DNA of 64,000 nt, from contig CAWDPO010000002.1 in assembly GCA_963804165.1 (NCBI GenBank), positions 192,001 to 256,000 of the forward strand. The letters are read 5' to 3'. Below, piece by piece: positions 29,435-41,118 of the stretch. The first letter of the stretch is position 1. Each line of letters begins with the position of its first letter. The translations under genes were made by a program, and so were the position numbers. The DNA comes from an uncultured delta proteobacterium. Lineage in GTDB: Bacteria > Desulfobacterota > Binatia > UBA9968. The notes beneath the pieces were generated by a model that saw only the letters and a program-made list of their open reading frames with translations, was not told the origin of the DNA and ran no database searches.

Positions 29435-30420
29435 TCAGCGCATCCCCAACTCATTCAACGCTTCTCTCAGCATCGCGAAGTCGACGACTTTACCCACTGG
29501 CACGGCTTCCTTCACCTGCTGATCTTTACGCGCTCGCTCGATGTCGGATTCGAGCACCCGTTCCGGAACTATTCCATTCAAGCTCATACCTTTGACGTAG
29601 ATGTCGTAGGAGGCCTGAGCGATTTTTGCTTCAAGTTTGAGCCAGTCGGCAATCACGCGCACGCTTTCCGTTTGGTTGTTTTTGATAAAAGTTTGCGCCT
29701 TCAAAAGCGCCCGCAACATTTTCTTGACCTGCGCCGGCTTCTCTCGGAGCGTATCCAGGTGCAATGCCAGGCCGGAGACGCTGGTCTCGAAGACATCGGC
29801 CGCGGCCATCAGGCGCACAAAGCCTTTGCTCTCGGCCTCGAAATTAAAAGGCGGCGGCACGATCGCGGCATCCATTTTACCGGCGAGCAAAGCCTGCAAC
29901 CTTTGTCCGCTGCCCGAAACCTGGAACGCCTGCACGTCTTTTTCCAATTCCATTCCCGCCTGCCGGAGCATGGCGCGCAGCATAAATTCAGTGGAATCCC
30001 CGTAGCCGGCAAAGCCGATCACCTTCCGCCGCAGATCCGTCAGCGTCTTGAGTTCTGGCTTGGCGACGAGAACATGGAGCGGACGACCATTAAAATACGT
30101 AACCACTTTGAGCGGCAAGCCTTTGACGGCGCTGCGCAGTCCGGCGCCCACCGCCGTGGTATATAGCCGATCTCTTTGGTCGTTACGGCGACAATCCCGA
30201 CATTGGTGGCGATACGGATAATCTCGGCATCGATCCCTTCCTCGCGAAAGAATCCCCTTGCGTAGCCAACCTGCGGCGCGATGAAGCTCAACGAAAGGCT
30301 CGGCATGCCGATACGCACTTTTTCCAATGTCTGGGCCGTGCTGAATTCTGCGCGTGCCAAGGTCAGCCCAAAGACTAAAAGGAACGGCAGTGCGAGGCGC
30401 TTCCTACGAGCCGGCGTTAG
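29435..30420 (-). CDS. NMT1/THI5-like substrate-binding protein, frameshifted near 30160
   Basis: N-half (GFFREEGIDAE) in ORF 30040-30582, C-half in 29435-30151; start uncertain. Confidence 0.75.
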
Positions 30421-30578
30421 ATAGCTGCTTCCGCCATTCCTGCGTCCTCCGAAATCCAGGTTCTGCGTTTTTGCCGCTGGGGGCCGCGTCCGGATACCAG
30501 CGTGCGCGGGCATAACGAGTTTGATCTCTGTCATCCTCGCTCCAGGCAGCCTGGTCATGTGAACATGATTCTGATCCC

Positions 30579-31546
30579 TCATCTCCCTTTGATCCCCAGT
30601 TCTTTCTGCGCTTCCCGCAGCAGCGTCGTATCCGCAACCTCACCGACAGTGACTTGCCGTGTCAATTTAGTTTCCTTCACGGCCTGATCGATCACGGCGA
30701 GCAGACCCTCGTCTGGAATACTGCCGTCGAGATTATAGACTTTGAAAGCGGAATCATACGCAGCCGCCGCTAGCGACGGCGACGTCCGGCCCCAATCGAC
30801 CAGCGTTTGGATAGTCCCCTCACGGTTTTGACGGATGAAACGATTGGCCTTGATCAACGCCTTGATGGTTCGTCTGACCTCGTCGGGCCGTTCCTTGATT
30901 TTTCTCGTGTGTGTGCCGAGTCCGACAAAGGGAAAACTGAATAATTCGTAGGCTCTCGCCAGTACGTTAAACCCCAGTTTCCGCGCTTCTTCATCAGCCG
31001 GCGGCGACATCACCGCAGCTTCAACTACGCCCTCTTTCAAAGCCGATAACCGAGCGGCGGCGGGTCCCAGCGCGACGACTTTGACATCTTTCTCAGCGTC
31101 GACGCCGAAGTGCTTTAACATCATCGTTGCCGCAACCTGGTCGGTGGCGCCGTAGGCTTGAATGCCAAGGGTCTTTCCTTTGAGATCCCTGGCGGATTTG
31201 AATTCCGGCCGTGTGATGAGCGCGTGGTCGAACCGTCGATCAAACTGGCCACGACTCTTACCGGCAAGCCGCGTATCGCGGCGCGCACCACTGAACCGAA
31301 GATCATCGTGTAATCCGTGTCGCCGCTCGCCAGCGCCGTGATCGCCACGTTGGCGTTCATGCGAATCACTTCCGCCTCGATGCCCTCCTCTTTGAAAACA
31401 CCCCTCCTTACCGCTAATCCCGACGGCAAAAAGCTCATGTTGAAATTGGTCACCGAAATTCGAATCTTGTCGGCAGCCATCGCCCAATTCGGCGGCGCGC
31501 CGACCAGCCCAATGAGAGACAACACCGCAAAGAACAAATTTTGCAT
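30579..31546 (-). CDS. NMT1/THI5-like substrate-binding protein, frameshifted near 31228
   Basis: MQNLFF... N-half and ...ALITRPEFK C-half; close paralog of 22576-23529. Confidence 0.8.
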
Positions 31547-31553
31547 CAGGGAA

Positions 31554-31756
31554 CTAGCGTCCTGTCTCAGAAGTTCGCGACATAATTCTCGCGTCATTCC
31601 GTCGGAAAATCTCCCCTTCCCCTCTTTGGCAAAGAGGGGTGAGAATCGCACGGAGAAAATTCCCCCTTTGAAAAAGGGGGACAAAGGGGGATTTGAGTTC
31701 AACAGTGGCTGCCATCGTTTGGACTTTTTAAACGAACTTCTGAGACGCCACACTAG
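31554..31756. mobile_element. MITE, second copy (203 bp, CTAG-bounded)
   Basis: Near-identical to 25209-25414. Confidence 0.85.
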
Positions 31757-31761
31757 ACCTT

Positions 31762-32244
31762 TCACTTTGGATATTCTTGAGCAGCTTCGAGAATCGATTG
31801 CGCGATCGCACCATAGGCGCCGCAGCGGCAGATATTACCGCTGAGCCATTCGGCGATCTGTGCGCGGGTGGGATGGGGATTTTCAATTAACAGCGCCTTC
31901 GCCGCCATGATTTGCCCCGGCGTACAGTAGCCACACTGCGCGCCGATGTTGCGGATGAACGCTTCTTGGAGTGGATCCAACGTATCGTTCTGCGCTACGC
32001 CTTCGATGGTAAGAATCGATTTTTCGTGCGCCTCGAAAGCTAAATAGTTACACGAGCTCACCGGCCGGTTATCGACCAATACCGTGCAAGCACCGCAAAC
32101 TTCGGATTCACAAGAGCGCTTCGTGCCCGTCAGCCGCAGGCGGTTACGAAGAAATTCCAGCAATGTTTCCTCGATGGCAACCGAGCCGGACCAAGGTTTG
32201 CCGTTGACTGTGAGCGATAGATTGAATGTGGTTTGAGGTATCAT
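31762..32244 (-). CDS. Molybdenum hydroxylase small (2Fe-2S) subunit, CoxS-like
   Basis: CESEVCGACTV, QCGYCTPG, GNICRC. Confidence 0.92.
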   Translation of the reverse strand: MIPQTTFNLSLTVNGKPWSGSVAIEETLLEFLRNRLRLTGTKRSCESEVCGACTVLVDNRPVSSCNYLAFEAHEKSILTIEGVAQNDTLDPLQEAFIRNIGAQCGYCTPGQIMAAKALLIENPHPTRAQIAEWLSGNICRCGAYGAIAQSILEAAQEYPK

Positions 32245-32338
32245 GCGGAATAATTAGCTTCCTCACTTCGGTAGAAATGGCGTCGCGTTGTCATCCTGAA
32301 CAGAGTGAAGGATCTGCTTTCTCTGAAACCTACCATCA

Positions 32339-33201
32339 CTAAACATTTCCATTTTCCATGACCTGCTCCAGCGCATCCCCAAGCATGATCCCCGTCATGT
32401 ACAACTTGTACTCCGCACTACCCAAAAGATCATCCACCGGCCGGAGAAGCGCGCGCAGAGATTTTTTTCTTCCGTCACAATCCGCCTGGCGTCGCTTAGC
32501 GTTGCTCCTTTAATCTTTGTCTCAAGTTCCTTCAATCGCTCGGCTTTAGGTCCCACGCAACCGACCGCCAACCTGACCTCGTCGATCGCCCCGCTGGTCG
32601 TTCGTGCGCCCACCGCTACGCCCAGCGTCGGGCGCTGATAGCGATGAAGCCGCAGGTAAGTGCTCGTCATTCCGATGGGCAGCGGTGGAATCGCCACTTC
32701 TAGCAAAACATCACCCGCTTCGAGCGCCGTCGCATACATGTCCACGAAAAAGTCCTCCAGCGCGATCCGCCGCTCGCCTTTATCATTGCCAATCGTTACC
32801 GAAGCGTTGTGAATAAGCAGCACTGTGCCGGGATCGGAATGAGGATCGTTGAATGCCAAATTGCCACCGACGGTTCCTTGACTTCTTACACGCACGTTGG
32901 CGACCTGCGATTCAGCGTAAGCCAACGCCGGCGCATGTTCGCGCACAAGCGCGCTGTTTTCGAGTGCATGGTGCGTCACGCAGGCGCCGACATGCAGCGT
33001 ACCGTCTTCCATTGCGACGCGATGCAAGCGCTCGATCTTCTTCACGTCGACCAACACTTCCGCAGCCAATAAGCCGTTGCGCAGCAGCAACAGCAACTCC
33101 GCGCCACCCGCGTAGATCTTGGCCTTCTCGCCGTGCAGCGCCAGCGCCGCAGATGCTTCTTCGACGGTAGTCGGCTGAACTAACTGTAACGATCCTAGCA
33201 T
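32339..33201 (-). CDS. Molybdenum hydroxylase FAD subunit, CoxM-like (frameshift in A-run near 32465)
   Basis: YAGGAEL, VRSQGTVGGNL; C-terminus PVDDLLGSAEYK in shifted frame. Confidence 0.85.
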
Positions 33202-33298
33202 CACAACCTGGAAAACGACCATCCGCGTAGGGGCAACCCCCCGTGGTTGCCCGGGATTGGGCAGGCACAGGGGCCTGCCGCCAGGCCATTGACTACAG

Positions 33299-35607
33299 TC
33301 ATTCGAATTTTCCCATCGCCCGGAGAATCTTTTCCGGTGTGATCGGCAAAGACCTGATCCGCACGCCGAGCGCGTCATAGACCGCATTGCCGATGGCAGG
33401 ACCTACGGTCACGATCGATGTTTGCGCCATGCCTTTCGAACCGAACGGACCCGGACCGTCACCTTTCTCCAGCATCGACGAGTAAAAATCGGCCGGAATA
33501 TCTTTCATCACCGGCAAGCGATACTGAAACGGGTCGCCGTTCTGGAATTGGCCGTCTTGATAAATAGTCTCCTCGAACAGCGCGTGGCCGAAACCCATCA
33601 CCGCGCCGCCGTCCACCTGGGATTTGGCCGAGGGATGATGAATCGCTTTGCCGGCGTCGGCGATGACCGCGTAGCCGAGAATACGCAACTCGCCCGTGTC
33701 GCAGTTTACTTCCAGATCGATCGCCGCGCCGCTGGGCGCCCAGTGATCCATCCCCGCAAAGGCGGAGTCTTTCACCATCGGCGGCACACTGTGATAGCCG
33801 ACCGCCTTCAAAACCACGCCGCCGCCGATCAGTCGAATAATTTCATTGATCGAAAAACTCGTTTCGCCCCAGCAAAGCCGTCCTTGAATCAATTGCCATT
33901 GCTCAGGCTTGCCGCCCTTCGCTTGCGCCGCCAACGCGAATAGTTCCTGCTTCAATTGGTTGCAGGCATTGTGCACCGCGTTTCCCATCTGCATCGTGGT
34001 GCGCTGGGCGCTCACGCCGGCAAAAGGTAAGCTCACCGCCGTGTCCGGCGTGCATACGCGAATTTGCTCTTGCGGGACGTCGAGGGTCTGCGCCGCCACG
34101 ACGCTGAAAAGATTATGCGTCCCTTGGCCGATCTCCGGCGCGTTATGCTGGATCGTGACACTGCCACGGGCATCCATCGTCACCAGAGCGTAGGCCCGCC
34201 CGCCACCCTGGGAGCCGTGGCGCAGGCTGAGCGCCATGCCGCGGCCGCGCGCCCAGCGCGACACTCCGTCGCCGATCTTCGGCGTTGTCGGATTGGCTTT
34301 GCCATCCCAACCGATCCCGGCGATCGCCTCGGCCATCAGGTCGAGATAGTCCGTATCCATGCGCGGTGTGCCTTTACAGACGAAATCGCCGCGTAACAGC
34401 ACGTTCTTTTTGCGGAACTCGTAGGGATCGATACCCATCTGGCGCGCGACGCTGTCCATGGTGCATTCGATTCCCCAAGTCGTTTGGATCTTTCCCGTGG
34501 CGCGGGTGTGGCCGGCGGGGACTTTATTGGTGTAAACGCAACGCCCCTTGATGCGCAGGTGCGGAATGCGATAGCAGCCCCATGCGGAAATCACGGAATT
34601 ATGCGCCGCGGTGGCGCCGCCGGTGGTGTATGCGCCGGTGTCGACGATGAGATCGACGTCGAGCGCCGTGATCGTTCCATCCGCTTTGACGCCGACCTTG
34701 GCTTTGAATACCTCGGCGTGGCGCGAGTTCTGCCGGAAGCTATATTCCGCCGAAGGCATCAACCGCACCGGGCGGCCGATTCTGCGTGAAAGTAACAGCG
34801 CCGCAAAGTGCGCCGTCGTCGGGATCTTCGAGCCGAAGCCGCCGCCGACGTAGGGCACGCGCAGACGCACTTTCTCCGGCTTCGAGACCGAGAAAGTGCG
34901 CGAACTCGGCGGCGTCGCGCATCGGCGAGCTGGTCGGCAGCCAAACGTTCACTTCGCCATTCACGTAATGCACGAGACAGCCGCCGATCGGTTCCATCGG
35001 ATGATGAAACATCGACGGCGATGAGTAGGTTTCGTCGAAAATCACGCTCCGCCTGGCGAAAGCCTTCGTCGATATCGCCCCAACTCAAACTGTCTTCCAG
35101 CAAAAGATTGGTGCCGCGCTCCTCGTGCAATATCGGCGCGCCGGACGCCAGCGCTTCGACCGCATCGAAGACCGGCGTCAGCGGTTCATATTCGACGTGA
35201 ATCTTTTCCAGTGCGCGCTCCGCGCTCCGCAGGTCTTCGGCGACCAGGACAGCGACGAGATCGCCGTCGAAACGAACTTTGTCGATGGCGACAAAATCCT
35301 GGTCGTCGGTGATCTTTAAATGCTCGTGCGGCGCAAGCTTCAATCTCGGATTGACGCCGTCGAGATGGTCCCGGTCCACGATGCCCAAGACGCCGGGCAT
35401 TTTTAGAGCTTCGCTAGAATCGATGCGCAGAATTCGCGCGTGGGAGTACGGGCTCAGCAAGGTCGCCCCGTACGCGGTGTTCGGCAGGTCCGGTAAGTCT
35501 TCGACGTATTGCGCCTGGCCGGTGACTTTGTCTTTCAAGTCGATCCGCGGTGAGGCATGCCAAGAATTTTGGATTTTAGATTTCCGATTTTCGATTCTGG
35601 ATTCCAT
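33299..35607 (-). CDS. Molybdenum hydroxylase large subunit, CoxL/XdhB-like, divergent active site; two frameshifts (about 35043 and 34875)
   Basis: KVTGQAQYVED, HHPMEP, VGGGFGSK, EIGQG, GPFGSKG. Confidence 0.82.
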
Positions 35608-35920
35608 CGGTCACCCTTGCCGCCGTCCAACTTCCCCCTGGGATAGATGGGGTATTTGCTCACAGTTCAGAATGGGAGAAATCTCCCCTAGCCCCTCTTT
35701 TTCAAAGAGGGGTAAATTCGGCAGAAGAATATTTTCCTTGTTCTCGGGAGCAGCGGATACACTTTATTACCTCTCGTTAACTGTCATGTGGTCAGTCACT
35801 CGGATTGATCAGACTTCCCCCTTAAAAAAGGGGGATCGAGGGGGGATTTGATCGACTTCCGAAAGAAAGAAAATCTCCCCTGGCCCCTCTTTCTTAAAGA
35901 GGGGAAACTTTCAAGATCCT

Positions 35921-38210
35921 TTATCTCTTATTAAGCACCTCCCAAACAACTCTGGGAGTCAGCGGCACAATCTGCAATCTTTTACCGATGGCCGCGAACA
36001 CCGCGTTGCCCACCGCCGGCGCGACCGGAAGAATCCCGCCCTCGCCCATGCCCTTGGCGCCGTAGGGTCCGGGACCGCCTTGTCCCTCCATGATGAAAGT
36101 TTTGAACGTCGGTGGAATGTCGTTAAACGTCGGCAGCCGATAATCGACGAGACTGCCGTTGACGAGCTGACCGTCCTGGTAAACGAGATCTTCGAACAAC
36201 GCTTGACCGAGTCCGAAAACTGCGGCGCCTTCATCCTGCGCATGGCATTGCAGCGGATTGATCATTTTTCCGGCGTCGGTCAGCGACACGTAGCGCAATA
36301 CTTTCACCTCGCCGGTTTCCACGTCGACTTCCACTTCCGCGGCGCCGAAGCCGATTTCCCAGAACGGCGAGGGGTAGCCGAGCGGGACGTTCTCGTCCTT
36401 GCCGATCTTGAAATAGCCGCGCCCCCAGATCTCCCCTTCCGTGTCGCGGAAGTGCCGCTGCATCACTTCGCGAAAGCTGAGCTTTTGCGCGCCATACGCG
36501 GCCAGGCCGTTCTCCAGGCGAATTTCTTCCGCCGGCGCTTTCAACACCGCGCTCGCCGCTTCGAGAAACTGCCGGCGCGCATCGCGTGCCGCTTTTTGCA
36601 CGGCTTGCCCCATGATCGACGTCGCGCTGCTCGCATTGGTGCCTTTATCGAATGGCGTGTAGTGCGTATCCAACGCCGCCACCCGCACTCTTTCCGTCGG
36701 CACCGACAACTCCTCGGCAACAACCTGCAAAAAGGCCGTGCGCATGCCCTGGCCGACTTCGACCGAACCGGTGGACAAGAGCACGCTGCCGTCGTTGAAG
36801 ATCGTCACCGACGCGTTCGCCGGTTTGTTGGTGCCGCCGCCGTCTTTCATCGCCGTCGCGATGCCGATGCCTATTTTTTTCGAGCCGGCGCGCTGTTCGC
36901 CGTTCGGCCGCGCATCCCAGCCGATCGCCTGCGCCACGCTCTTTAGACCCGCTTTGAGATCGCAGTCGATGGGCGTGTCGCCGTGGGAAAAGCTCTCGCC
37001 CTTGTCGAGCAGGTTCTTCATTCTGATTTCGAACGGATCGATGCCGAGCCGCTCGGCGATCATGTCGATGTGCGTCTCGTAAGCGAACGCGACCTGCGGT
37101 CCGCCGAAACCGCGAAACGCTCCACCCGGAACCGTATTCGTGTAGACAGAGTAGGCGTTGGTGAGAAGATGCGGGATGCGGTACGGACCATGCGCGCGAT
37201 ATCCGGCTTTTTCCGTCACCGAAGGGCCGGAGTTGGCGTAGGCGCCGCCGTTTAAATAGACCTCGCACCGGCGCGCGACAAACGTGCCGTCTTTCTTCAC
37301 GCCGGTTTTGAGCATGATCTTGGCGCGCGGCTGGCAAATCGTCTTGAACGTTTCGTCGGCGCCGAACGCGAGCTTTACCGGCCGGCCGATCATGCGCGAT
37401 AGGCACGCCGCGATTCCTTCGGTCTTGATGCCGCTCTTGGCGCCGTAACCGCCGCCAACATAGGGAACGATCACGCGCACCGCGCTGAACGGCAAAGCGA
37501 AGACGCGCGCCAGCTCCTGGCGCACCGGAAACGGGCTTTGCGTCGCGCTCCATACAATAAGCACGTCGCCTTCGAACTGCGCCACGCACACGTGCGGCTC
37601 CATCGGGTAGTGCTGCGCGCTGGGAAAACAAAAACTGTCTTCAAAGATCTGATCGGAATCGCGAAAGCCATCTTCGATATCGCCGCGCTCGTGACGAAAA
37701 TGGAAACAAATATTACTGTGATCGTGAACGATGTGCGTGCCGCCCCGGCCGTAACCGGGATCTTTGCGTCCTTCGAGTGTCTCATGCACGAGCGGCGCAT
37801 TTTCTGCGAGCGCCTCTTCGACCGTGTAGACGGCGGGCAGCTCTTCGTAATCGACGTCGATCAATTCCACCGCCGCGGCGGCGCTGCCGGGATCTACAGC
37901 CGCAACTGCGGCCACCATATCGCCGACGTAGCGAACTTTTTCGCCGGCAAGAATCTGCTGGTCTCGGACGTAGGCGCCAAAGGAGTTGCTGGCGAAGATT
38001 TAAATTGTCGCGGGTGAGAACTCCGAGCACTCCCGGCACCGCCCTCGCCTTGGCGCAATCGATCCGGCGAATCCGCGCATGCGGTACTGTGCTGCGCAGC
38101 ACTTTCGCGTAAGCCATGCCCGGCAGTCGAAGATCTCCGGCATAGACGGCTCGGCCCGCGACCTTCTCCGCGCCGTCGATGCGCTCGAGACTCACCCCTA
38201 CCGCGGACAT
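35921..38210 (-). CDS. Molybdenum hydroxylase large subunit, CoxL/XdhB-like, canonical motifs; frameshift(s) near 37940-37995
   Basis: KVAGRAVYAGD, HYPMEPH, VGGGYGAK, AFRGFGGPQ, GAKGMGEG. Confidence 0.85.
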
Positions 38211-38340
38211 CGCTTTGCCTCTTTCCTCGCCGCGCGGCGAACGCGCGCGCATTCCATGCAAAACGCCAACATTGACATTTCGCGAAGCCTTCGGCTAAGA
38301 ATCGTAGAGAAACTCATCATGGGCAGAAAGGAACCGACCC

Positions 38341-39078
38341 GTGACCGAACATAGCAAACTGACAGCGCCAGAAGCAAAGCAAAAGGCTGAAGCGATTCGA
38401 AAAATCATCCTCGATACCTATCACCGTGAAGTGCAACCATCACCGTTCTTCAATGATCTACGTGCGGGCAACTTATCCCAAGCCCGGCTGCAGGGATGGA
38501 TCAAGAACTGGTACTCCTTCGCCCTCGAAGTGAATACCGGCATGGCCACCGTCTATCATCAGTTTGTCGGCTTCTTCAAAAGACATCCGGAGTTGGAAGA
38601 TCGCATCGCGCAAAAGATCGGCGAGGAATTCACCACGCCGGCGATCGGCGGCCACGCGCGCATGCTGCCGATTCTCGGCAAAGCGTTGGGCGTACGGGCC
38701 GACGAGATGATCGAATGCGAGCTGATTCCCGAAGCGCGCGGCCTCGTCGACTTCTTCGTGCGCTCGTGGATCGACATCCCGCTCGCCGAGTGTTTCGCCG
38801 TGCATATGGAAGAAGAGATCTTCGGCTTCATCTCGCGGGATTTCCGGCAAAGCCTGCCCAAGTACGGCGTCAGCAACGACGATATGAAATATTTCCGCAT
38901 ACACGAAGAAGCCGACCTCGACGAAGATCACGGCGGCACGAACCAGGCGATCCTGGAAGTCGCGCTGCAAGAAGGCTACGGCAACGAGCGCGCCGGCTGG
39001 CCGCTCGAATACTGCGGCAAGATCGCCGTGCAGATGATCGGCAACTTTTACGACGGAGTCTATCGCCGTTTCGCGTAA
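38341..39078 (+). CDS. Heme-oxygenase-like diiron redox enzyme (TenA/PqqC/CADD-like fold)
   Basis: Helical protein with EE..H and YFRIHEEAD..DH motifs. Confidence 0.7.
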   Translation: MTEHSKLTAPEAKQKAEAIRKIILDTYHREVQPSPFFNDLRAGNLSQARLQGWIKNWYSFALEVNTGMATVYHQFVGFFKRHPELEDRIAQKIGEEFTTPAIGGHARMLPILGKALGVRADEMIECELIPEARGLVDFFVRSWIDIPLAECFAVHMEEEIFGFISRDFRQSLPKYGVSNDDMKYFRIHEEADLDEDHGGTNQAILEVALQEGYGNERAGWPLEYCGKIAVQMIGNFYDGVYRRFA

Positions 39079-39089
39079 GCGAAACGGCG

Positions 39090-39187
39090 GTTCAAACCGT
39101 TCAACCGCTTCGCTCCGTTCAAATCGTTCAAAACGTCCGAGTCCCCGAACGGCTTGAACGGCTTGAACGATTTGAACGGTTTGAACC
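39090..39187. repeat. Inverted nonamer array (GTTCAAANC / TTGAACGGN)
   Basis: gttcaaacc-gttcaaccg ... ttgaacggc-ttgaacgat-ttgaacggt-ttgaacc. Confidence 0.65.
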
Positions 39188-39205
39188 AGTTAGTCAGGAG
39201 GTTAG

Positions 39206-40246
39206 ATGGATCACCCCAAAGAAATCCAAGAGCTAAACGATCTTCTTCGCCCGCGTTGGGTTTCCGGTCTGTGGAATCTCGACCACGCCGAGCGCCCGTC
39301 CGATCCGAAGACGCGCGTGAAACCGCATCTTTGGAAGTGGCACGACGTTTACGACAGCTTGCTGCAAGCGCGCGACAAAATCTCCGTGGCCCGCGGCAGC
39401 GTCGAGCGGCGCGTGATCCGCCTCGTGAATCCCGGCTTGGCCGAAACTGAGATGACCAGCCAGACGATCCTGCTTTCTTTTCAATTGATCCAACCCGGCG
39501 AGGTCGCGCCCGCCCATCGCCATACCATGAGCGCGTTCCGCTTCATTCTCCAAGGTCACGGCGCTTACACCAACGTCGACGGACAAAAGATGGTGATGGA
39601 AGACGGCGATTTGATTTTGACGCCGGGCGGCTGCTGGCACGAGCACGCCCACGAAGGCGACGAGAATATGGTCTGGATCGACGGTCTCGACGTCCCGTTC
39701 GTTCAAGCGCTGCAACAAATCTCTTTCGATCCGTGGCGCGGCCGCTTGCCGGTGACCGAGAGCATCGATCCCGCGACGTTCTACGGCATGACCCGCCCTG
39801 TGGGAAGCGCTTTGCCGGAAGCTCCGCCTTTATTGCACTACCACTGGCGCGATACCTATTCATCGCTGCAACGGTTAGCCAAAACATCCGGCACCCCGTT
39901 CGACGGCGCCGCGCTGGAATTTGTCAACCCGGCCACCAATGGCGCCACCTTGCCGACGATGTCATGCCGGGTGCAGATGCTGCGTCCCAACGAAAAAACA
40001 AAATCCCACCGCCACACCAGCACGAGCATCTATCACGCCTTCCGCGGCGGCGGCACGACGGTAATCAACGGTGAGACATTTCAATGGCAAAAAGGCGATA
40101 CCTTCATCGTGCCGTTGTGGGCGTGGCACGAACACGCCAACGCGTCATCGACCGAAGAAGCGATTCTGTTCTCGATGCACGACGAGCCCATCTTGCGGGC
40201 GTTCGGATTGTACAAGGAGGAAGCGCAGGCCGGCGTAAGCCCATAG
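39206..40246 (+). CDS. Gentisate 1,2-dioxygenase-like bicupin
   Basis: PHLWKW, ERRVIRLVNPG, APAHRH, WHEH, DGLDVP, HRHT. Confidence 0.88.
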   Translation: MDHPKEIQELNDLLRPRWVSGLWNLDHAERPSDPKTRVKPHLWKWHDVYDSLLQARDKISVARGSVERRVIRLVNPGLAETEMTSQTILLSFQLIQPGEVAPAHRHTMSAFRFILQGHGAYTNVDGQKMVMEDGDLILTPGGCWHEHAHEGDENMVWIDGLDVPFVQALQQISFDPWRGRLPVTESIDPATFYGMTRPVGSALPEAPPLLHYHWRDTYSSLQRLAKTSGTPFDGAALEFVNPATNGATLPTMSCRVQMLRPNEKTKSHRHTSTSIYHAFRGGGTTVINGETFQWQKGDTFIVPLWAWHEHANASSTEEAILFSMHDEPILRAFGLYKEEAQAGVSP

Positions 40247-40282
40247 CTCAATATTGAACCCGCGCCTCTGGAACCTATCCAT

Positions 40283-40888
40283 TCATGAGCTGGATCCGCG
40301 CCATTCCAACGCCGTCTCCAACCGATCGTTGCCCCAGAACAATTCCCCGTCCACGACGAAGTTCGGCGCGCCGAAGATTCCGAGCTCGGCCGCGCGCTCA
40401 GTGTTGGCGCGCAGGCGTGCTTTCGCCTCCGCGCCGCGCGCCGCCGCAAGTACCGCTGCCGGATCATCGACCAATCCAGCTAGACAGTTGGACAGGACGG
40501 TCGGTTCGGCAATGTCCAAATCTTCGGTGAAATTTGCCCTGTAAACTCTCCGCGCAAACTCCGATACCCACGTCTTCTGTTCAGATAAGCAAGCGATCCG
40601 CGCTGCCAGCAAGCTGTTCCGGGGAAAGCGCGATGGCTTACGAAACGGCAGGCTCGAGGCGGCGCAAAGCCTTTCCAGGTCGCGCCACATGTAGCGCCCT
40701 TTGACCGGGTAGATGTTGAACGGCGAGTCTTGCCAACCTTGCTTCTTAAAAATTGCGCCAAGAAAAAAACAACGCCATCGCACGATAGATCCGTGACTTT
40801 TAGCGAGCTCTTCGATTCGCATCGCCGCCGGGTATGAGTACGTGCTGGCGAACTCAAACCAGAACTCGATTATTTTCGCTGTGCTCAT
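40283..40888 (-). CDS. 2-hydroxychromene-2-carboxylate isomerase / DsbA (GST kappa) family
   Basis: FWFEFASTYSY, GIFGAPNF, ELFWGNDRL. Confidence 0.88.
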   Translation of the reverse strand: MSTAKIIEFWFEFASTYSYPAAMRIEELAKSHGSIVRWRCFFLGAIFKKQGWQDSPFNIYPVKGRYMWRDLERLCAASSLPFRKPSRFPRNSLLAARIACLSEQKTWVSEFARRVYRANFTEDLDIAEPTVLSNCLAGLVDDPAAVLAAARGAEAKARLRANTERAAELGIFGAPNFVVDGELFWGNDRLETALEWRGSSS

Positions 40889-41118
40889 GATCAGGCCGAA
40901 AATTAGATTTTCAGCCGCGGCCGGCGCTAGAACTTCTTGACGGTTGCGGCAACCCAAGCTTGCGCGAAGATCCCGCCGCTTCGGCTCCACTCACGAACTG
41001 ATTCGGCCGAGGTCGAATCATTCGTTCCAATTGGCGATTGCAGCATCGCGTAGCTCCGCGCGGACATGAAGCCCATCGCGTTCCGGCTGTGACCCGGGGT
41101 GCAAAATCTTTGTCGTCT

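Noticed and set aside
17170-38210. Many frameshifts (RmlC-like, SBPs, CoxM, both CoxL, OphC-like tail) as programmed frameshifting or mass pseudogenisation
   Set aside because: Mostly single-base indels, several in homopolymers, spread over unrelated genes; most simply long-read consensus errors. The TIR TGA differs: it is in frame, at a motif position, and followed by a hairpin
31762-38210. Aerobic CO dehydrogenase
   Set aside because: Neither large subunit has the form I AYxCSFR motif; generic Mo-hydroxylase
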